Notes: generated by a model from the sequence alone, not told the origin. A stretch of 34,608 bases of DNA from Candidatus Anstonellales archaeon (GCA_038890615.1 JAWAFI010000005.1:1-34608); one strand, 5' to 3'; counted from the first letter of the stretch, positions 1 to 8,671 are shown. Numbers and translations: made by a program.

Positions 1-546
1 CCGCTGAACATCACAATCAGCACAAACACCTCTTGGGCAGTGCCAAACCAGACCTACTTCCCATCCTTGGCTCCAGGAGAGACAAGGCCATTCATGGTGA
101 ACTACACGCCTCCTTTCACCAACGGCACTGCAAACATAACGATAATGGGGGATGAGCCCAATGCAGGGAAGAGGAACGACACAGTGCTCGTTATAGTCCT
201 TGAGGTGTGTGGGTTTGACCTTACCAACTACACAGTGTTTTACGGCGCCTACCAGCCAGACAGCATAAGCATCGAGAAATACATAGGAATAAGCAACACT
301 GGCAATGTGCCAATAGAAATAAGCATAAGCGGAGTGCCATGGAACGGCTTCCCTGTAAGCAATACAAGGTATGCTTTAGTTTCAGGAGATTTCTCCAACA
401 AGGCGCAGCTCCAAACATATTTAGTGCCTCTTACAACTCTGCCTATTGGCGGATTGCAGAACCTCTACCTTCAGGTTTATGTGCCTGCGAGAACACCAAA
501 AGGCATTTATAACCAGACAATAACTATGGAGGGTGTTTGCCCATGA
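1..546 (+). CDS. 5'-truncated secreted/surface protein (beta-rich, Ig/CARDB-like C-terminal domains)
   Basis: Frame 1 is open from base 1 (PLNITISTNTSWAVPNQ...), so the GTG at 40 is not the true start. Many N-x-S/T sequons. Motifs such as 'SLAPGETR' and 'ISNTGNVPI' are typical of archaeal surface beta-sandwich domains. Confidence 0.65.
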   Translation, partial: PLNITISTNTSWAVPNQTYFPSLAPGETRPFMVNYTPPFTNGTANITIMGDEPNAGKRNDTVLVIVLEVCGFDLTNYTVFYGAYQPDSISIEKYIGISNTGNVPIEISISGVPWNGFPVSNTRYALVSGDFSNKAQLQTYLVPLTTLPIGGLQNLYLQVYVPARTPKGIYNQTITMEGVCP

Positions 547-2168
547 TGAAGCAATTCCTTGCTTTGCTCTTGGTCATTTCAGCGCTCAACGCCCTCCAGG
601 TTTCAGCAGACCCAATTGTTGCCAGCGGAATACCTAGCGAGAAGAAAATGGCTGAAGTGGTTATAATAAACAACAAGCCAGAGTCAGCATACATATTAAT
701 AACATCCAGCAGCTTCATCAAAATTGAGCAGCGCAGCATCCACCTCGCCCCATACGAAGCCAAAGCCATCCCAGTAGAGATAACAATACCAACATTTCCT
801 CAGACAGGGGAGATAGTATTCAGCGAGATGGTTGGCTCTTTTGAGATTAAGCTTGTCAAGCAGGTAAAAGCAGAGCACAGCCCGGTTACTTACATTTTCC
901 TAATACTCTTTGGGCTTGCGCTTTTTATAGGAAGCAACAACATAAGGATTGTGTTGCTACTTCTTTCTCTGCCTGCAGTTTATGCCCAAGCAATAGTCAA
1001 CGAGACGGTTGAGGTGCTCAACATACCACCCATTGCCTACAATGTTACAATAGTGCCAGACCAGGCATACAGAAGTGATACCCTTACTTGTTTTGCCACT
1101 TACGATGACGCAAACAATGATGCAGGCCAGCTTGAGTTCTTCTGGTTTGTGAATGGGGTTCAGGTTGGAACATCAAACACAGAAGGCGCAAACCCCTTGG
1201 ATTATATACAGAATGGCCAAACCCTTTCAGGGGCTTTTAATGAGGGCGACATAGTGAACTGCAGTGCAATACCTTTTGATTTCCAGGACTATGGAATCTT
1301 AAACAGCACTGAGATAATAATACTTGAGAACATAATAATTTCCCCTCCCCAGGACAAGCTGCAAATGGCGCTTAAGGGCCACTGCGTAAACACTGAATTT
1401 TCAATATATGTGTACTCGGATAGCCACCCAATTGAGAATGCCCACATCACCATTGAGAGGGAAACAGGTGAGTTGTTGCTAAGCGGAAAAACAGATGAGA
1501 AAGGGTATTTCTATTTTGTCCCAACAGAAGCAATAAAGATGAAAGTAAAAGCACAAAAATCCGGCTACACCTCTGCTTATGGGATAATATACGTGTACAA
1601 TGACACCACCTGCTACACAAAGCCAGAAAAGAATGATACTACGAATGAGACAGAGCCAGAGCCTGCACATGGCTATGATATACCTGTTTTTGGCAAGACA
1701 CCTCCTCTTATCCTCAAGCATGAAAACGGCACCTATGAGGGCGATGTAGTAACTCTGAATGTAAGCACCCCTAGGAGAATAGGGGATCTTCTTATTATTG
1801 ATGAGCTTATCCAAGTGCCTGGCGCAAGGGTTGTTGTCTACTGGATAGGGAATGAGACAAACATAAGTGGCACTAAGAACCCGCTATTTGTGTTTGAGGG
1901 GATCTCAGATACAGAAGGCAAGGTCCGCTTCATAGGCAGGTATGCTTACAACTATTATGGGAATGCAACAAAGATAGGCTATATACCAGATGATGAATAC
2001 TTTGATCTCCTTCCAAAAGAAAGGTCTTACGGAGGGGATATACCGCCTCCTGCCCCCCAGCAGGTAAGGCCTGACTGCTTCTACATACTCGCCACGCTTT
2101 CCCTTTCTTTCCTAGGGCTTGGCTACCTTAGGCTTGCCGAAAAAGAGGCAATAGAAGCATCGCCTTAA
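543..2168 (+). CDS. Membrane-anchored surface protein: signal peptide, Ig-like domains, C-terminal TM anchor
   Basis: ATG at 543 follows an SD-like GGAGGGTG. N-terminal signal peptide MMKQFLALLLVISALNA. Internal hydrophobic segment. Ig-like 'NIPPIAYNVTIVP..DTLTC' unit and 'TDEKG/DTEGKV' beta-hairpin motifs. C-terminal hydrophobic helix FYILATLSLSFLGLGYL. Confidence 0.7.
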   Translation: MMKQFLALLLVISALNALQVSADPIVASGIPSEKKMAEVVIINNKPESAYILITSSSFIKIEQRSIHLAPYEAKAIPVEITIPTFPQTGEIVFSEMVGSFEIKLVKQVKAEHSPVTYIFLILFGLALFIGSNNIRIVLLLLSLPAVYAQAIVNETVEVLNIPPIAYNVTIVPDQAYRSDTLTCFATYDDANNDAGQLEFFWFVNGVQVGTSNTEGANPLDYIQNGQTLSGAFNEGDIVNCSAIPFDFQDYGILNSTEIIILENIIISPPQDKLQMALKGHCVNTEFSIYVYSDSHPIENAHITIERETGELLLSGKTDEKGYFYFVPTEAIKMKVKAQKSGYTSAYGIIYVYNDTTCYTKPEKNDTTNETEPEPAHGYDIPVFGKTPPLILKHENGTYEGDVVTLNVSTPRRIGDLLIIDELIQVPGARVVVYWIGNETNISGTKNPLFVFEGISDTEGKVRFIGRYAYNYYGNATKIGYIPDDEYFDLLPKERSYGGDIPPPAPQQVRPDCFYILATLSLSFLGLGYLRLAEKEAIEASP

Positions 2169-3100
2169 TCCTCAAAGACTTTTTTTATGCGCCTTTTTTC
2201 GAAATCTATTATCCATCCTATACCTTTCAATTCCTCAAACTTTTTCTGCTTGAAAAGCAAAAGCGCCTTTTCAATCTCTTCCTTATTTTCCTCCATCCAC
2301 CTTATCTTTTTCTCTAGCTCTGCAATCCTTGCCTTTATCTGCTCAACTATCCTCTTCCTTCTCTCCTCTTCTGGATCGCTCTGCTTCCCTGCTCCAGCTT
2401 CGCTCTTCCAAGCTCTTTCTATTGCTTCGCTAAGCGTGCTGAACCTTTCGCCATTGGTGCCAATGCCATATTCTGCCCCAGCAGCATAGAATTGGGTTGC
2501 TGTCTTGAGCCCCTCAGCCATTTTGAGCAGCTTTTCCCATTTTGCGCCGATACCTTCAACAGTGTCTTCTTCCTTTATCCCCTCCTTTTCCATCAACATA
2601 AGCGCATATTCTCGTGTTAGGCCTGTGTTTATCAGCTCTGCAATTACCCTTCCTGTTTTATCCACTTCCTTCCTTTTAGGCGGTTCAATGTAGGGCTCCC
2701 CCTTTTTTATTTTCCTGTGCTTGTACTCTCTCTGTGTTGTTGCGAACTCTATCTTGCCATCTTTGCAGAATATTATGTTGCCTTTCCCAAAAAGCTCTAT
2801 GAAAAGCGAGAGCTCGCCGAAATCCATCCTTATTATCCTGTCTTCGCTCACCTGCTCAACCCTGCTCAATTTTTTGCCTTTCAGGATGCTCCTAAGCCTT
2901 TGAGCAAAGTTGTCGCATTCCTTTTCCTCAGGGGTTTCAGCCACGCTTACAGTATAAGGGATCCTTATTGCAATGCCTTGGCTTCCAAACTTTATGAAGT
3001 AGCTGCCTTTTTTGCCAAGCACCTTAGCCACTCTTTTCCCTTCAAAAGCCCTAATCTCTTTTGCAATAATTGAGCATTCAACAGCGCATAGCTGCCTCAT
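2165..3100 (-). CDS. rqcH: NFACT-N/RqcH (Rqc2/FbpA) family protein, shortened
   Basis: Motifs 'FAQRLRSILKG..L..VEQVSEDRII', 'LFIELFGKGNIIF' and 'RKIKKGEPYIEPP' match the FbpA/NFACT N-terminal domain. ATG at 3100 overlaps the acdA stop (ATGA). Confidence 0.8.
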   Translation of the reverse strand: MRQLCAVECSIIAKEIRAFEGKRVAKVLGKKGSYFIKFGSQGIAIRIPYTVSVAETPEEKECDNFAQRLRSILKGKKLSRVEQVSEDRIIRMDFGELSLFIELFGKGNIIFCKDGKIEFATTQREYKHRKIKKGEPYIEPPKRKEVDKTGRVIAELINTGLTREYALMLMEKEGIKEEDTVEGIGAKWEKLLKMAEGLKTATQFYAAGAEYGIGTNGERFSTLSEAIERAWKSEAGAGKQSDPEEERRKRIVEQIKARIAELEKKIRWMEENKEEIEKALLLFKQKKFEELKGIGWIIDFEKRRIKKVFED

Positions 3101-4467
3101 CCTTTTTTCCTCCAATAGCTAAGCAATGCGTTCAGCGCCTTCACTGCTATCCTTGGGGTTGGGTAAGTTGGTATGCCGTAGCTGTCTAGGATTTTCCTGT
3201 TCTGTTGGGTGTACTCCCCTCCTGAAGCAACTACCACCATAGGCTTCTTTGCCTCTTGGCTTAGCCCAACCAATGCGTCCACAACAGTGCTGTCAAGTGA
3301 TATTGTTTGGAAGAGGAGCGCAATAACAATTGCATCTACATTAGGATCCAAAAGCATTGCTTCCACTGCGCTCCTTATCCTAGTGGCATTGGAGTCCCCA
3401 CCTGTGTCTGCAGGGTTCTTCACCTTTATGTAAGGCGGTATAACCTCCCTGAGCCTTCTTAAGCTTTCAGGGCTTAGCTTCGCAAGCTCCAGCCCACCAT
3501 CAACCACCTCATCTGCAGTTATTATTCCAACACCTCCTCCATTGCTTACCACACCTATCCTTGCACCTGCCATCCTTGGCTGGCTGAAAACCTTGTAAAC
3601 ATAGAAAAGCTCGTCAACATCCTGCACTTCTACAGCCCCTGCCTGCTTGAAAACCGCTTTATATGTTTCATAGCTTCCTGCTATAGCTGAAGTATGGGTT
3701 TTGACTGCCTCCTCAACTTCGCTGTGCCTACCTCCTTTAAGGGCTATTACAGGTTTCCTGCACTCATTAAGAAGCCTGAAGAACCTTTTTCCGTCCTTAA
3801 CGCCTTCCACATAAATCACTATTTCCCTTGTGCTTCTATCCTGCATCAGGTATTCAAGCAGGTCTGACTCATCTATTACAGAGGCGTTTCCATAAGAGAC
3901 AAACTTTGACATGCCTACTGAATAGTATGAGCTCATGTCAACTATCATGCCGCCAACTGCGCCGCTCTGCGAGATGAACGAAGCCCCCCCTTTCCTTGGC
4001 CTGCCCATCTTGTAGAAAGGCAGGAAGACGCTGTCAACCCCTGTTGCAATATTTATTGTTCCCATGCAATTTGGCCCTATCATCGCTATCCCTGCCCTCT
4101 TGGCAATCTCAGCCACCTCCTTCTCCTGTTGCATGTTCCCAACCTCCCCAAACCCTCCTGTTATCACCACTGCCCCTTTAACACCTATCTCCTCTGCCTG
4201 CTCCATTATGCCTTTGACTGTTGGCATAGGCGTTGCTACAACTATGCATTCAACCTCCTTCCTTATGCTTTTTAGGTCAGGGTAGCATTTCCTTCCCAAT
4301 ATGCTCTCTGCGCTTGGGTTAACAGGATAAATCTCCCCATTATAAGGGCCTTCCACCAAATTCCTCACAATGACATTGCCTATTTTCTCTATGCTGCGCG
4401 AAGCCCCCACCACTGCCACGCTTTTTGGCTCAAAGACATACTTGAGGTTTGAGACAATTTCATTCAT
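3097..4467 (-). CDS. acdA: Acetate/acyl-CoA ligase (ADP-forming), alpha subunit
   Basis: Motifs 'FEPKSVAVVGAS', 'IGPNCMG', 'FISQSGAVG', 'KFVSYGN', 'YVEGVKDGKRF' and phospho-His region 'HTSAIAGS'. Adjacent to the beta subunit. Confidence 0.93.
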   Translation of the reverse strand: MNEIVSNLKYVFEPKSVAVVGASRSIEKIGNVIVRNLVEGPYNGEIYPVNPSAESILGRKCYPDLKSIRKEVECIVVATPMPTVKGIMEQAEEIGVKGAVVITGGFGEVGNMQQEKEVAEIAKRAGIAMIGPNCMGTINIATGVDSVFLPFYKMGRPRKGGASFISQSGAVGGMIVDMSSYYSVGMSKFVSYGNASVIDESDLLEYLMQDRSTREIVIYVEGVKDGKRFFRLLNECRKPVIALKGGRHSEVEEAVKTHTSAIAGSYETYKAVFKQAGAVEVQDVDELFYVYKVFSQPRMAGARIGVVSNGGGVGIITADEVVDGGLELAKLSPESLRRLREVIPPYIKVKNPADTGGDSNATRIRSAVEAMLLDPNVDAIVIALLFQTISLDSTVVDALVGLSQEAKKPMVVVASGGEYTQQNRKILDSYGIPTYPTPRIAVKALNALLSYWRKKG

Positions 4468-5059
4468 TCACACGCACATCCACAACGTAGCATTTTTCCG
4501 CAGTAGCTATTGCAGGATTCACTTCTATTTCCTTAATCCCTTCCTTTAATGCCAGCTTGCCCATCTTAATTACAGCATCCACGACTGCTTCTCTGTTAAC
4601 CTTCTTTCCCCTGTATTCACTAAGGACTTTTTTACCTTTCAGCTCTTCAATCATCTCAAGAACATCCTTCTTGTCCACAGGGCAAACCCTCAGTGAAACA
4701 TCCTTGTAAATTTCAACATAAATCCCGCCTATCCCTAGCATTATCAGCTTGCCAAACTGAGGGTCTGTCTTTACCCCTATTATAATCTCTGCGCCTCTTA
4801 CCATCTTTTGGACAAGCACCTTGCCTTTGAACCTCCTCTGCATGTCAGCAAAGGCCTCACTAAGTTCCTTTTCGCTGTTTATGTAAAGCTTCACTCCGCC
4901 TATGTCTGTCTTGTGCTCCCTTGCGCTTGCCATCTTTACAGCAACAGGGTATTTTCCCTTGCAGAAAGAGATAGCTTCATCAGCAGAATCGGTTATTATG
5001 CTAGGCACAACATCAATGCTGTATTTGCGCATTAAGCCAAAGGCATCCCCCAGCTCCAT
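4460..5059 (-). CDS. acdB: Acetate/acyl-CoA ligase (ADP-forming), beta subunit (ATP-grasp)
   Basis: Motifs 'YPVAVK', 'HKTDIGGV', 'VLVQKMV', 'DPQFG..IMLGIGGIYVEIYKDVSLR', 'EIEVNP' and 'VVDVR'. Confidence 0.93.
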   Translation of the reverse strand: MELGDAFGLMRKYSIDVVPSIITDSADEAISFCKGKYPVAVKMASAREHKTDIGGVKLYINSEKELSEAFADMQRRFKGKVLVQKMVRGAEIIIGVKTDPQFGKLIMLGIGGIYVEIYKDVSLRVCPVDKKDVLEMIEELKGKKVLSEYRGKKVNREAVVDAVIKMGKLALKEGIKEIEVNPAIATAEKCYVVDVRVNE

Positions 5060-5079
5060 GTATTTACCTAGGCTCTGTG

Positions 5080-5099
5080 TTTAAATAGCTTTTTATACT
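5080..5099. promoter_or_regulatory. Divergent TATA boxes for acdB (minus strand) and tRNA-His (plus strand)
   Basis: TTTAAA at 5080-5085 lies about 21-26 nt upstream of the acdB ATG. TTTATA at 5092-5097 lies about 24-29 nt upstream of the tRNA-His 5' end. Confidence 0.55.
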
Positions 5100-5120
5100 A
5101 ATCAACACCAATAAAGTTAT

Positions 5121-5192
5121 GGCCACGGTGGTGTAACGGCAGCATAGAGGCCTGTGGAGCCTTTGGTCCGGGTTCAAATCCCGGCTGTGGCC
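5121..5192 (+). tRNA. tRNA-His (GTG) with genome-encoded G-1
   Basis: Acceptor stem GCCACGG/CTGTGGC. Anticodon arm GAGGC-CTGTGGA-GCCTT. T arm CCGGG-TTCAAAT-CCCGG. G at 5121 opposes discriminator C. CCA is not fully encoded. Confidence 0.95.
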
Positions 5193-5248
5193 CTATTCAA
5201 TCCGCGCTCCTGGAAGTGCTTTATGACGAAAGCGTTGCAGAGAACATT

Positions 5249-5255
5249 TTTAAAT
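5249..5255 (+). promoter_or_regulatory. TATA box for tRNA-Tyr
   Basis: TTTAAAT about 23-29 nt upstream of the tRNA 5' end, preceded by purine-rich GAGAAC (BRE-like). Confidence 0.5.
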
Positions 5256-5277
5256 TTACCCCTCATTTATTTCATAT

Positions 5278-5361
5278 CCCGCTGTAGCTCAACGGCAGAG
5301 CGGCCGGCTGTAGCTTGTTGTTGAAACCGGCAGGTTGTGAGTTCAACTCTCACCGGCGGGA
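5278..5361 (+). tRNA. tRNA-Tyr (GTA) with a 12-nt intron at position 37/38 (about 5314-5325)
   Basis: Acceptor CCCGCTG/CGGCGGG with a C1-G72 pair and A73 (archaeal Tyr identity). D stem GCTC/GAGC. Anticodon stem GCCGG/CCGGC around CT-GTA-G[CTTGTTGTTGAA]A. T arm GTGAG-TTCAACT-CTCAC. Confidence 0.93.
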
Positions 5362-5372
5362 CTGGTGTTTAA

Positions 5373-5558
5373 ATGGTGCTATCATGTGAAAGGTGCGCTG
5401 CGCCTACTGCAAAAGCAGTCAAATGCAGGTACTGCAGCAAGATGCTATGCAACAGCTGCATAAAGAGCTCAAAGAAGGTGGCAAGGGTGGAACACATTTA
5501 CATATGCAAGGACTGCTGGACAGTTATGCCAAAGAGGAAGGCCTTCAAATCAATTTAG
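5373..5558 (+). CDS. Small basic zinc-finger protein with four CxxC pairs
   Basis: CERC, CRYC, CNSC and CKDC in 61 aa. Lys-rich. SD-like GGTG upstream. Fills the gap between tRNA-Tyr and ileS. Confidence 0.75.
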   Translation: MVLSCERCAAPTAKAVKCRYCSKMLCNSCIKSSKKVARVEHIYICKDCWTVMPKRKAFKSI

Positions 5559-8373
5559 CTGCTATTGTAATCTCCTTTCCTTCTATATCCCATTTCTTCG
5601 CCTTCATGCCCTTTTGGCTTTCAGCTATCTTTAAGACATTGGCCCTCTTCTGAAGCTCATCTCTGAACATCTTGAATATAGAGACAAGCTCTTCATCCCC
5701 CTCTATGTATACCTCTATCCTGTCCTTTTCCATAAGGCCCATCTCCTTCCTCATTAGCTGAACCCGCCTAAGCATCTCGTTGAAAAGCCCCCTCCTGTAA
5801 TTCTCTTCATCTATCTTGGCGTCTATGTAAACTTCAATATCCTCATAAGCCCCTCCGACAATATTCCCTGCTGGCTTCTCCTGCACTACCTCAACTTCAT
5901 TGCAGTTGCAAACCCTTGCAAGCACTTCTTTAAGTGATGACACTGCCTTTATTGCTCTCGCCCCCCCAACATAAACCTTGCTTATTGGCCATCTCAGCTT
6001 AAGGCCTGCTTCCTGCCTTAGCATAAGGACCCTTTCGCTTATTTCCCTGACTGTATTCATGTCTGCTTCAAGCTCCTTGCTTATCTGGGAAGGGTTGCTT
6101 GAGGGCCATGGATGCAGCACAATGCTTTCCTTTCCCTCGTGCTTCCTGAACAATTGCTGGTAGAAGTGCTCTGCCAGGAAAGGCGCGTAGATTGAGAATG
6201 CAATGCTGCTCTTGAAAAGCACGCTGTACAGCACATTGAGAGCTGCGCGGCTTTCATCGTACTTAACCCTGTCTTTTATCAGCTTTAGGTAGAACCTGCT
6301 AACGTCATTTACAAGGAATTCCCTCATCTTAAGCGAGGCCTGAGGAATCTGGAAGCTGTCCAGGCTTCTTTCCATCTCGCTTAGCACTGTGTTGAGGCGC
6401 GATAGGACCCATTCATCCTCCTTTTCAAGCTTTTCCGGCTCCTCAAGCTTTTGAGGCATAAACCTTGCTAGGAAGTTCATTATATTGTAAATTATGTCCA
6501 GCTCAGACCTAACAGCGCTTATCTCCTCTTTCACAAGCTTTAGCTCATCCCAAGGAGTGTTTGAAGTGCACCAAACCCTGTAAGCATCAGCCCCGTACTG
6601 CTCAAGGAACTGCTCAATAGGCACAAAATTGCCAACGCTCTTGCTCATTTTCTCCCCTTTCTCGTCAACGAGGAAAGAATGCATGAGCACCCTCTTGTAA
6701 GCAGCCCTTCCATACCTAAGCATGCCTGAGCCGAGCAGTGAGTAATACCACCCCCTTATCTGGTCCTGCCCTTCTATTATTATGTCTGCTACTTCCCCAT
6801 ATTCCTTCCTTTCTTTTTCAGTGAAGCCAGCCCATACAGCATTCCCTGAGTCAAACCAGACATCAAGCACATCCTCAACCCTACTCATTTCCCCCCCGCA
6901 CTTGCATTTTAGCTTAACCCTGTCTATCCATGGCCTGTGGAGTTCCTTTACATCTGTGCCAAGCTCTTCCTTGCTTCCAATCACCCTTATTTCGCTGCAG
7001 CTGCTGCATCTCCATATAGGCAATGGGATTCCCCAATACCTTTGCCTTGAAACGCACCAGTCTGGGGCATCTGAAACAAACTCAAGGAATCTTGTCTTTG
7101 CATGGTCAGGGTACCATACAGTATATTTCTTTATGCTTTCCAGCATTTGCTCCTTCATCTCGCTTATTTTTATGAACCACTGCTTAGTAGTCCTAAAGAT
7201 AAGAGGAGTCTTGCACCTCCAGCAATGCGGATACCTGTGCTGCACTCTCTCTGCATGCACAAGTGCCCCGTCTCTCTTCAAATCATCTATTATCTTGGCA
7301 TTGGCTTCCCTTACATTCATTCCAGCGTATTGGCCTGCTTCTTCAGTATATGCGCCCTTCTCATCAACTGGGCAGAATATCTCAAGCCCGTACTTTTTTC
7401 CAACAGCAAAGTCCTCTGGCCCATGGCCTGGGGCAGTGTGCACTAGGCCACTTCCCTCTTCTGAAGTAACATATTCTTCGCTTAGCACCACCCTTCTGTC
7501 ATAATGTTTTTTTATCCTGTGCTGCAAAGGGCTTTCATACTCCATCCCTGAGAGCTCCTTGCCTTTCATCTCCCCTATAATAGAGCCGCTTTTTCCTGCC
7601 TTTTCTAGCACTTCATCCATCCTCTCCCTTGCAATTATCCAAACCTCCCCATCAACAGAGATCTCAGCATAGGAATAGTTAGGGTGGGCCATAACTGCTA
7701 TGTTGCTAACAAGCGTCCATGGGGTTGTAGTCCATACTATCAGGAATTTCCCTTCCTGCCCTTTGACCGGGAATTTTATGTAAATGCTTGGGTCGTACTC
7801 CATCCCGTACTCTAATTCGTAGTTTGCAAGCGGGGTTTCGCACCTATAGCAGTAAGGTAGCACATACACCCCCTCATAAAGCAGCCCCTTTTCAAATGCC
7901 TTTTTGAAAGTGTCCCAGGAAGAGTTTATGTAATCATCTTTGTAGGTTATATAAGGGTTTTCAAAATCCATCCAAGCCCCAAAGCTGCTGAATCCTTCAG
8001 ACATTATCTTTATATAGGTGTCTGCGAACTCCTTGCACTCCTTAATAAACTTTTCAATGCCGATTTCCTCTATCTGCTCCTTCTTCTCAATGCCAAGCTT
8101 TTTTTCCACTTTAACCTCTATTGGGAGCCCGTGGGTGTCAAAGCCTGCCTTTGAAGAAACATTGTATCCTTTTAGCATCCAATACCTAACCACCACATCC
8201 TTGAGCGTTTTGTTCCATATGCCTCCTGGGTGCAGGTCCCCAGTCACATAAGGAGGCCCATCAATAAAGCAGAATGGCTCCCCTTCTTTCCTGATATCTT
8301 TTGATTTCCTGTATATCTCATTCTCTTTCCAGAATTTCCTTATTTTGCTTTCAAGATCTTTGTGATTGTACAT
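5545..8373 (-). CDS. ileS: Isoleucine--tRNA ligase (archaeal/eukaryal type)
   Basis: Motifs 'FIDGPPYVTG', 'GFDTHGLPIE', 'WTTTPWTL', 'GSGLVHTAPGHG', 'YPHCWRC', 'DWCVSRQRYWG', 'EGQDQIRGW' and KMSKS. Start probably ATG at 8373 after GGTGG; the ORF track starts at 8382. Confidence 0.97.
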   Translation of the reverse strand: MYNHKDLESKIRKFWKENEIYRKSKDIRKEGEPFCFIDGPPYVTGDLHPGGIWNKTLKDVVVRYWMLKGYNVSSKAGFDTHGLPIEVKVEKKLGIEKKEQIEEIGIEKFIKECKEFADTYIKIMSEGFSSFGAWMDFENPYITYKDDYINSSWDTFKKAFEKGLLYEGVYVLPYCYRCETPLANYELEYGMEYDPSIYIKFPVKGQEGKFLIVWTTTPWTLVSNIAVMAHPNYSYAEISVDGEVWIIARERMDEVLEKAGKSGSIIGEMKGKELSGMEYESPLQHRIKKHYDRRVVLSEEYVTSEEGSGLVHTAPGHGPEDFAVGKKYGLEIFCPVDEKGAYTEEAGQYAGMNVREANAKIIDDLKRDGALVHAERVQHRYPHCWRCKTPLIFRTTKQWFIKISEMKEQMLESIKKYTVWYPDHAKTRFLEFVSDAPDWCVSRQRYWGIPLPIWRCSSCSEIRVIGSKEELGTDVKELHRPWIDRVKLKCKCGGEMSRVEDVLDVWFDSGNAVWAGFTEKERKEYGEVADIIIEGQDQIRGWYYSLLGSGMLRYGRAAYKRVLMHSFLVDEKGEKMSKSVGNFVPIEQFLEQYGADAYRVWCTSNTPWDELKLVKEEISAVRSELDIIYNIMNFLARFMPQKLEEPEKLEKEDEWVLSRLNTVLSEMERSLDSFQIPQASLKMREFLVNDVSRFYLKLIKDRVKYDESRAALNVLYSVLFKSSIAFSIYAPFLAEHFYQQLFRKHEGKESIVLHPWPSSNPSQISKELEADMNTVREISERVLMLRQEAGLKLRWPISKVYVGGARAIKAVSSLKEVLARVCNCNEVEVVQEKPAGNIVGGAYEDIEVYIDAKIDEENYRRGLFNEMLRRVQLMRKEMGLMEKDRIEVYIEGDEELVSIFKMFRDELQKRANVLKIAESQKGMKAKKWDIEGKEITIAAKLI

Positions 8374-8671
8374 TGCCACCACTTTTCTGTGCGCCTATTG
8401 AGAGCGCATATATGAACGGAAGCGCAATAGCCAAAGGAATGTAAAGGTATACCCAAATGTAGCTGAGCGCATTTGCAGGCGCCACTGCAATTATTGCCAT
8501 AATGTACATTGCGCCTATTGCCGGGAGCGCTGAAACCTCGTCCTTTTCTATCGAACAAAAAATATAGGCACAAACTGCTGCAAAGGCCCCTGCAGCTGGG
8601 GACTCAAGGTACGAGAATAATAAAAGTATTGCTGCTATTAAAAACAGTGTCTCAATTTTTTCTACTTGCAA
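8351..8671 (-). CDS. Small integral membrane protein (3-4 TM)
   Basis: Almost entirely hydrophobic 106 aa. TTG start directly after the KaiC-like stop, with AAGGTG upstream. Fills the gap in a co-directional operon. Confidence 0.6.
   Translation of the reverse strand: MQVEKIETLFLIAAILLLFSYLESPAAGAFAAVCAYIFCSIEKDEVSALPAIGAMYIMAIIAVAPANALSYIWVYLYIPLAIALPFIYALSIGAQKSGGNVQSQRS

Noticed and set aside
5221..5230. C/D-box sRNA in the inter-tRNA spacer (ATGACGA resembles box C)
   Set aside because: No downstream CTGA box D before the next promoter.
5393..5653. 86-aa plus-strand ORF overlapping the zinc-finger gene
   Set aside because: It is an alternative frame that overlaps ileS by more than 100 nt. 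The 5373-5558 frame has the SD and the coherent CxxC pattern.
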